DNA of 64,000 nt from an uncultured bacterium (lineage in GTDB: Bacteria; Fidelibacterota; Marinisomatia; Marinisomatales; JABMOV01): the NCBI GenBank assembly GCA_964344305.1, contig CAYFMT010000002.1:76310-140309 (forward strand). The letters are read 5' to 3'. Positions 7,607 through 15,786 of this stretch are shown one piece after another. The position numbers were made by a program, and so were the translations under genes. The notes beneath the pieces are model-generated. The model did not search any database and had not been told where the DNA came from. It worked only from the letters and a program-made list of their open reading frames with translations. Within the stretch, counting starts at the first letter, position 1. Each line of letters opens with the position of its first letter.

Positions 7607-9537
7607 ATATGAAATTATCGAAATACGAAATACAAGATTTAATCGAAAGATTACAGAAGGGAGAAAACATTCCCGAAGACTATAAAAACAAACTGTTTCC
7701 GGCAAAGCAGAAGGAATATGAGTTGGTTTATGGTGGCAAAATGAGAAAGGAAGATGTTTTAGCCAATGAAGATGGTGTTTTCCCTGTCCCTTTACAAGTT
7801 GAAAAAATATTTAATGGTAAACGTGAAACTTGGGAAGATGGATGGAGAAACATAATTGCTTTCGGTGATAATCTTCAATTTCTAAAAACAATCTATGAAA
7901 ACAAAGACCCTTTAATAAAGGATAAGATAAAGGGAAAAATCAAATTGATTTATATCGACCCACCTTTTGCAACGGATAAAGATTTTGATACAAGTATAAA
8001 TGCAAAAGCATATTCCGATAAGGCAAAAGGTTCTGAATTCATCGAATTCTTGAGGAGAAGATTAATTGTTGCTAAAGAATTATTAGCACAAGATGGTGTT
8101 ATTATGGTTCACCTTGATTGGAAGAAAGTTCATTACATGAAACAAATAATGGACGAAATATTTGGAGAAAATAACTTTCGAAATGAAATAATTTGGCATT
8201 ATCGAACTGGAAATATTTCAAAGAAACAATTTCAAAGAAAACATGATTCTATTTTATTTTATTCAAATTCAGAATCATATTATTTCAAAGTCCTTGAGTT
8301 TAAAGAATATTATGTCCAAGTCTATGGTCCTGAGAAAAAGATTGCTTTTAAGAGTGCTAAAGACTTTGAAGATAAATATGGCAGATATAGAATGAGTGAT
8401 GTTGATGATGTTTGGAATCTATCTGCAGTTTTCACTCTTGGGAGCGAACATTTGCCCTATCCTACACAAAAACCTGAAGTACTTCTTGAACGAGTAATTG
8501 AATCAACAACTAAGGAAGGTGATTTGATTTTAGATTTTTTTAGTGGTTCAGGAACTACTTTAGCTGTTGCTGAGAAATTAAAAAGAAAATGGATTTCTTG
8601 CGATATAGGGAAGTTATCATTTTATACAATACAAAAACGAATTTTAAATATTGAATCCAGTAAATCAATTGAGAATCCAAAAAAGAAATATAATAAACAA
8701 GCAAAAAGCTTTATCACTTTGAATACTGGTCAATATGACCTTGAAAAAGTGTTTAATCTAAAAAGCGAAGAATACTCACGGTTTGTTCTCAACCTTTTTG
8801 AAATTGAACCAATTAAGAAAACGATTAGCGGCATTAAAATAGATGGAGAGCGTAAAGATGGAAATTATGCTTTAATATGGCAATATTGGAAATTTGAAGA
8901 TGCTTCTGTTGATGAAGAATATTTGCATAATCTTCATTCAAATATTGGAAAGAAAATTGGAGATAGAATCTATATTGTGGCTCCGGCGAGTTACGTTGGC
9001 TTCATAAGTGACTACTATGAGATTGAAAATGTTCGATATTATTTTCTCAAAGTGCCTTATCACATTATAAAAGAACTTCATAAGGTTCAGTTTAAAAAAT
9101 TCAGACAACCACAAAGCAAGAAAAACATTAACGATTTAGAAGATGCAATAGGCTTTCACTTTATGAAGCAACCAGAAGTAGAAACCAAAGTTATTTCTTC
9201 TTCTAAAGATGTAAAGATTAGCATTAAGAAATTTCATTCAGACTTTAGTGAAGATGATAAAGGAAAAGAGTTAGAAAATCTTGAAAGTTTGGCAATGGTC
9301 TTAATCGATAAAAATTTTGATGGTCAAGCCTTTGATATGGACGATTCTTATTTTGCAGAAGATTTATTGCCAAAGAAAAAAGGTAAAAATGAAGACGAAG
9401 ACATTGGAGAAGAATTAAAGAAAACTAAAGAAATTAATCTACCTGCAATTCCGAAAAAAGAATGTGGAAAGAGTATAATGATAATCTATGTTGATGTTTT
9501 TGGAAATGAATTTAAAGAAAAGTTTGAGATAGAATAA
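7603..9537 (+). CDS. mod: N6-adenine/N4-cytosine DNA methyltransferase, beta-class, type III Mod-like
   Basis: Motif IV DPPF (7957-7968) lies upstream of the conserved YPTQKPEVLLERVI and motif I FFSGSGTT. That order is the beta-class arrangement. 644 aa, intact, immediately followed by res. Confidence 0.85.
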   Translation: MNMKLSKYEIQDLIERLQKGENIPEDYKNKLFPAKQKEYELVYGGKMRKEDVLANEDGVFPVPLQVEKIFNGKRETWEDGWRNIIAFGDNLQFLKTIYENKDPLIKDKIKGKIKLIYIDPPFATDKDFDTSINAKAYSDKAKGSEFIEFLRRRLIVAKELLAQDGVIMVHLDWKKVHYMKQIMDEIFGENNFRNEIIWHYRTGNISKKQFQRKHDSILFYSNSESYYFKVLEFKEYYVQVYGPEKKIAFKSAKDFEDKYGRYRMSDVDDVWNLSAVFTLGSEHLPYPTQKPEVLLERVIESTTKEGDLILDFFSGSGTTLAVAEKLKRKWISCDIGKLSFYTIQKRILNIESSKSIENPKKKYNKQAKSFITLNTGQYDLEKVFNLKSEEYSRFVLNLFEIEPIKKTISGIKIDGERKDGNYALIWQYWKFEDASVDEEYLHNLHSNIGKKIGDRIYIVAPASYVGFISDYYEIENVRYYFLKVPYHIIKELHKVQFKKFRQPQSKKNINDLEDAIGFHFMKQPEVETKVISSSKDVKISIKKFHSDFSEDDKGKELENLESLAMVLIDKNFDGQAFDMDDSYFAEDLLPKKKGKNEDEDIGEELKKTKEINLPAIPKKECGKSIMIIYVDVFGNEFKEKFEIE

Positions 9538-9538
9538 T

Positions 9539-12123
9539 ATGGAAGAAATTAAACGCTATAAAACATCAGACCTTGTTTTAAAAGTTGATAAGAACTATGA
9601 CCCAACTCAATTTTTACTACAAGACTGGGATAGATATATTGACATTTTAGTTAATGGCAGACAATATCAAAAAGAAGCAATAATTAATACTGTAGTATTT
9701 TTAGCATCTGGTTTATACAAAAACACAACCGAATTAGTAGAAAAAAACTGGAATGATAATTCAAATGTTGAGTTAAAAAATAGGTATTCCGATTTAACAG
9801 ACTATCTGCATCATTTGCAAATCCCCTCAAAACTTTCTGCATCAATAGACCTTGCAACTGGGACTGGGAAGAGTTATGTGATTTATGGTATTGCTCAAAT
9901 TATGCTTGGATTAGGCTTAGTTGATAGAGTTTTGGTTTTTGCCCATCACTGACAATTGAAGATGGTTTAACAGAGAAGTTTATTGATTTAAGTTCGGACA
10001 GCAAATTATTAAAAGCTATTCCAGAAAGTGCTAAATGGAAAAACCCATCAATAAAGTCTGCCGATGTAACAATTAAAGAAGGTGATATTTGCATTGAAAA
10101 CATTCACGCAGCATATGAAACAACAGGTTCATCAATTCGAGATAGCTTTAAAGGGAATGGTGAAAAAACTTTGGTGTTAAACGATGAAGCACATCATATT
10201 TACAATAAAGTTGAAGGACGTAGCAAAGAAAACCAGAATTTAAAGAAATGGAAGGAGTTTTTACTCAATCCTGAATTCAATTTTAAATATATCGCTGGTT
10301 TTACAGGAACTGCATACGTTGAAGATGAATATTTTAATGATGTGATTTATCGCTATTCTTTACGTCAGGCTGTTGATAATCAAATGGTCAAAATGGTTGA
10401 CTACATTAGTAAAGATGATGACCTTGACAAGGACATTAAATTTCAAAAAATTTATGACAATCACGAACACAACAAACAGAATTATCGCAAAATTAAACCG
10501 CTTACAATTCTTATCACTAAAGACATCAAAAATGCAAAAAGACTACTCGTAGAAGTTTATGAATTTTTAATGAAACAAGAGAGTTTAAGTGAAGCTAAAG
10601 CACAAGAAAAAACACTGATTGTAACTTCGCACAACGACCATAAAGCAAATGTTCAGAAATTAAAAGAAGTTGATGATAAAAATAATCCGATAGAATGGAT
10701 TGTGTCAGTGTCAATGCTAACAGAAGGATGGGATGTTAAAAATGTATTCCAAATTGTTCCATGGGAAGACAGAGCCTTTAATTCAAAACTATTAATTGCT
10801 CAGGTTTTAGGACGTGGGTTACGAATACCGCTCGAATATCAAAGTCCACAACCCAAAGTAAGAATTTTTAATCACGATGCCTGGAGTAGAAATATCAAAG
10901 GGCTTGTGGATGAAATCCTTGAAATTGAAAAAAGATTAATTTCCATTCCATTAGAAAAAGGAGATAGAACGAAACATCATTTCAAAGTCCATCACATTGA
11001 TTATACTAAAAAAGCTACAACCAAAGAAGCAACCAAAGACCATACTGAGTTTGATTACACAAAAGGATTTATAGAGCTTCAATCGCAAGTTGAAGAAAGT
11101 GAAAAGGAAAGTGAATACACAGATTTCACAGGTGCAATTAGTTCGAAAAAAACATTAATCCATTACAACACCTATACAATTGATGAAGTTGCGAATAAAA
11201 TAGTAAATGAACTCAAAGTCAGAAATTGGGAAGGTAAAATTTTAAAACTTCCTACTGGCGATTATTCGAAAGATAAACTCCCACCGAAAGAAGAAATAAT
11301 TAAGATTATCCGAACCTCAATGGATAAAGTTGGCATTAAGGGCGACAGATTGGTTGAAAAAAACCGGAATAAAATATTAAGCAGTTTTAATACGCTTCTA
11401 CGAAAAGCTGGGAAAACGGTAGTTTATCAAAAAGAAGCACAGAAACCATACACAATTTACACAAAAAATATGAACCGAGAGAGTATGGCTCTTGGAAATT
11501 TAAGACATAATGCAACCGTATATTATTCTTCCGATTATAGAACTGAAATTGACGAGAAAAATTTGGAACTATTAAATATTGTAATCGAAGATGAAAGTTT
11601 ACCGAGAAGGGCTTCAAAGGAAATAAATAAATTCCTTTTCAAGACACCTTTGGACTTAACTTTTTCAAAAGCCACTCCTGAACGCAATTTTATCAAAGAA
11701 CTTTGTGAGAATAATAATGCAGAGAAAATTGAAAGTCGGCTAAAGTCAAGAGATATGAATTTTTATTCAATAGAATATTCCATTACTTCTGTTGGTGGAA
11801 AGCACTCAAAAATCCAATCATTCAATCCTGACTTTTTTATCAAGCTAAAAAATGGTAAAACAGCACATTTTATAGTTGTTGAAATTAAATCTGACGGAGA
11901 TGTAACCGAAGAAAACAAAGCAAAACTAAAATATGGAGTGCAACACTTTAAGGACTTAAATAAAGAATTAAAAAAACAGAAAATTGACGAAAAATATCAT
12001 TTCCACTTTTTAAGTCCTTATTCATATGACGTGTTTTTCGACCACTTGAGAAATGGAAAATTAATTAAATATGAATTTAAGAGTGATTTAGAAGACAAAT
12101 TATTAGCAAAGAACGATGAATAA
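9539..12123 (+). pseudogene. res: Type III restriction Res-like helicase-nuclease, disrupted by a 1-nt frameshift near 9936-9943
   Basis: The frame-2 ORF 9539-9952 carries RQYQKEA and Walker A ATGTGKS. Frame 1 is open from 9928 and reads CPSLTIEDGL...LVLNDEAHHI (DEAH box at 10183-10197), SAT-like FTGTA, QVLGRGLR, and a C-terminal PD...EIK nuclease motif (11827-11889). One extra T in the T5 run at 9936-9940 would fuse the two frames into about 860 aa. Confidence 0.8.
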
Positions 12124-12440
12124 TACCAACCCTAAAGCCTTACCCTTTTGCAATTCTTACAAGCCAACGTAATAAACCGTGACCTGTTAATGAGTATGGT
12201 TGCTAAAAACACCATTACACTGACAACTATATAAATAAAAGCCAAAATAGAATGAGACTAGATAAATAAGAATGCGGATCAACACCTTACTCGCAGTCAA
12301 AAATGCAGGTGGATTGCGTTATGTAAGAATGGAGTAGATTTGTTTAACATCGAAGTGTGCAGATATATTTTATTAAACAGATTAAAGATAGGCACCATTG
12401 GTCTTCGTGTTAAGAAGCATTGTAGTAACGATTATTTTAC

Positions 12441-12487
12441 TTATTCCCATTATATATGCGGGGAATAATGTGTATATTTGCCGCATA
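12441..12487 (+). promoter_or_regulatory. Two mutually exclusive inverted repeats upstream of fic
   Basis: TTATTCCC (12441-12448) pairs with GGGAATAA (12461-12468). TATGCGG (12455-12461) pairs with CCGCATA (12481-12487). TATATTTG lies at 12473-12480, 20 nt before the ATG. Function unknown. Confidence 0.2.
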
Positions 12488-12500
12488 ACCTGTTAGAATA

Positions 12501-13607
12501 ATGAAAAAATACATCTATCAATACAACAGTTGGCCCCATTTTTCATGGGACGAGCGAGAAATACAAGTACTCCTGGGTAATGTCCGACATTTGCAGGGTA
12601 AAATATTTGGACAAATGAATACCCTGGGTTTTTCTATAAAAGAAGAAACCATGTTATCCACGCTGACTCTTGATGTAGTTAAGTCCTCAGAAATTGAAGG
12701 AGAAGAACTTAATTATGGTCAAGTTCGTTCTTCAATTGCAAGAAAACTCGGTATTGATTATGCAGGAATGACACAATCTGGAAGAGATGTGGATGGAGTT
12801 GTGGAAATGATGCTCGACGCAACGCAGAACTACAGTGATGCGCTTGATGATGAACGATTGTTTGGTTGGCATTCATCATTATTCCCTGCCGGAAGAAGTG
12901 GAATGCGTAAAATCGATACAGCATGCTACAGAACGGAACAAATGCAGATTGTTTCAGGTCCGGTTGGAAAAGAAAAAGTACATTTTCAGGCTCCTCACCC
13001 AAATCAGGTCAAAAATGAAATGGATCAGTTTCTAGACTGGTTTAATAATGAATCAAAAATCGATCTTGTATTAAAAGCTGCCATCGCTCATTTCTGGTTT
13101 ATCATTATACATCCATTTGATGATGGCAATGGGCGTATAGCCAGGGCCATCTCAGATTTATTGCTTGCTCGATCTGACGGAAGCTCTCATAGGTTTTATA
13201 GTCTCTCAAGTCAAATTCTACTAGAAAGAAAAAAATACTACGCGATCCTGCAAGAGTATCAACATAGCGAGAAAGATATAACAGGGTGGTTAATCTGGTT
13301 CCTCAATTGCCTGTATAGTTCCATTGCTTCTACAGAAGAAACGATGAAGAAAGTCCTTTTTAAGGCAGAATTCTGGGATAAACATAATGAAACAATTTTG
13401 AATGCACGTCAACGGTTAATGCTAAATAAAATTCTCGATGGCTTTGAGGGTAAACTAAAATCATCAAAATGGGCTAAAATAGCAAAGTGCTCAGCAGACA
13501 CGGCACTACGTGATATAAAAGATTTGATTGATAAAGGGATACTAAAACAAGAAGAATCTGGAGGAAGGAGCACCAATTATGAACTCGTTGAGCAAGATAC
13601 TATATAA
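12501..13607 (+). CDS. fic: Fic/DOC family protein (probable AMPylase) with an intramolecular inhibitory motif
   Basis: Catalytic motif HPFDDGNGRIAR (about 13110-13145) and N-terminal inhibitory-helix motif SSEIEG ([S/T]xxxE[G/N], 12684-12701). The C-terminal region resembles a winged helix. 368 aa. Confidence 0.9.
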   Translation: MKKYIYQYNSWPHFSWDEREIQVLLGNVRHLQGKIFGQMNTLGFSIKEETMLSTLTLDVVKSSEIEGEELNYGQVRSSIARKLGIDYAGMTQSGRDVDGVVEMMLDATQNYSDALDDERLFGWHSSLFPAGRSGMRKIDTACYRTEQMQIVSGPVGKEKVHFQAPHPNQVKNEMDQFLDWFNNESKIDLVLKAAIAHFWFIIIHPFDDGNGRIARAISDLLLARSDGSSHRFYSLSSQILLERKKYYAILQEYQHSEKDITGWLIWFLNCLYSSIASTEETMKKVLFKAEFWDKHNETILNARQRLMLNKILDGFEGKLKSSKWAKIAKCSADTALRDIKDLIDKGILKQEESGGRSTNYELVEQDTI

Positions 13608-13650
13608 ACCTGAGAATTCATAATTCGATTTACGAATACACTAGCCTCAA

Positions 13651-13974
13651 ATGATCGCAAACACCCCTAAACCTCCTTACTTCGCTGTGATCTTTAGTTC
13701 CATACTGTCCGAACGGGACAATGGTTATTCTGAAATGGCAGAGAAAATGATTGAACTGGCAAAACAACAGGAAGGGTTTCTCGGAGTTGAAAGTGCACGG
13801 GATAAACTGGGAATCACCGTTTCATACTGGCGAGACATGGAATCCATTGAAAAATGGAGACATCACGCAGAACATACCATTGCCAGGGAAAAAGGGCGCA
13901 GCGATTGGTATCAATCATTCAACGTGAGAATTGCGGAAGTAAAAAATGAATATAGGTTTAAACGGGAGGACTAG
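13651..13974 (+). CDS. Antibiotic-biosynthesis-monooxygenase (ABM/Dabb) domain protein
   Basis: 107 aa. The GFLGVES...VSYWRDMESIEKWR pattern is typical of ABM ferredoxin-like fold proteins. Confidence 0.7.
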   Translation: MIANTPKPPYFAVIFSSILSERDNGYSEMAEKMIELAKQQEGFLGVESARDKLGITVSYWRDMESIEKWRHHAEHTIAREKGRSDWYQSFNVRIAEVKNEYRFKRED

Positions 13975-13977
13975 GTT

Positions 13978-15786
13978 TTACCGCTCAAACCGTTCATCCA
14001 GCTCAGACAAACTCATTTGAACAATAATAGGCCGGCCATGGGGACAATAATAGGGATGCTTCGTGGCAAAAAGCCGATTCACCAGTACCTGCATTTCTTC
14101 TTTCGTTAACGGATCCCCTGCCTTGATGGCTGCATGACAGGAATAAGACGCTGCAATATTTTCCTGGAACGTAGCATACTCCTTCTGGTCGTTGATATAC
14201 TGATCAATAATATCAATCACCACCTGTTTCTCTCTTCCCCAGCCAATGTCCGAGGGCACCGCTTCCACTATGACTGAATGTTTCCCTCCTGATTTCATGC
14301 GAAATCCTATTTTCTCCAGGTATGGGATGATATCTACCAAAACGGAAAAATCATCAGGTGAAAATGTCAATTCCTCAGGGAAAAGCAGGGACTGTGATGC
14401 GAGTGGATGTTCTTCCAGTGCTGCCAGTGCTTCTTCAAACAGGATCCGCTCATGGGCCACATGCTGGTCAATGATGACTAATCCACTGTCAATCTGCGAT
14501 ATGATATATTTGTTGTGAACCTGCCAGATATTATCTGTGGTAATGCCAGAATCCGTTTCCTGGCGTTTAGCCAGAGTGGATGCGTATGATTTTGCCCTCT
14601 CTAGACTTTCCATGGATGATGAACGGTCTACCTGATCCATTCGCATGTTTGGTAAATGTGTTGATCCTTTTTCTGACATTTCTGAAGCACTATCTGGAAA
14701 TCCACGTCGAGTGACCGGTGGAAGATTTACAGGGTTTGAAAAACTTAATTGTGGTGCATGGTGCACGGATTCTCGCGACTTGAAATCCGGTATGGTATCA
14801 AGAATGTCTTTCAGAGAAGCATCCACCCCACTTTTCAATACGTGGTAGATTCGCCACTCATCCGTAAAACGGACTTCCGTTTTCATGGGATGAACATTCA
14901 CATCCACCTGATCCACCGGCAATTCCATGTTCAAAGCAAAAAAGGGATATTCGCCTCTCTTGATTAGTGATTGATACCCGTTGTACACCGCAGAATTCAA
15001 CAACCGATCTTTAATAAAACGCCCATTCAGAAACAGGTACTGGTTCCCGGGTCTTGCCCGTACCAGATCCAAATTCCCAATATACCCGGTCAGTGTAAAA
15101 TCACCTTTTTCGATATGAACCGGTAAAAGTTTTTTGGTATAGGTGGGATCAAACACATCACCGATTCTTTTGTTCAGCTCTGTCGGAGGAAGTTGGAGCA
15201 ATGGTTTTTCATCCACCGTCAATTCAAAATGGATTTGTGGAAATGACAGGGCAAACCGTTTCATGATCTCTACAATATGACGCAATTCAACTTTCGGAGA
15301 TTTAAGAAATTTTCTCCTCGCCGGTGTGTTATAGAATAGATTCTCGACACGTATGAGTGACCCTTTTTCGCCGGCGACTGGTTGCAAATCGCCACCCTGC
15401 CCATTAGATATTTGTGTGGTCCAAACATCATCGGAATCACCGGTCCCGGTGGCTATGGTGACATCCGCCACGGATGCGATACTGGCAAGTGCCTCGCCAC
15501 GAAATCCAAGGGTATCAATACTGAAGAGGTCATCCACGGATTCAATTTTGCTGGTGGTATACCGTTGAAAGCAAAGCTGGATATCATCCTTATGAATCCC
15601 GCTTCCATTGTCCCGAACCTGGATCAGTTGATGTCCGCCTCGCTCCACAACCACCTCAATCTGGTCCGCACCGGAATCCAGGCTGTTTTCCACAAGTTCC
15701 TTGATTACTGATGCCGGACGCTCAACCACTTCACCGGCTGAAATCTTATTACGTAGATCTTCAGATAATGGGTGTATCCGGGTCAC
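13978..15786 (-). CDS. mutL: DNA mismatch repair protein MutL
   Basis: N-terminal GHKL ATPase motifs ([39 protein letters not shown]). C-terminal dimerisation domain with [11 protein letters not shown]. 602 aa. Confidence 0.95.
   Translation of the reverse strand: [602 protein letters not shown]

Noticed and set aside
10171-12123. The TTG at 10171 as the genuine start of an independent 650-aa helicase
   Set aside because: The same frame is open back to 9928 and encodes helicase-type sequence continuous with the upstream ORF. The Walker A motif is only in the upstream fragment. A frameshifted single gene fits better.
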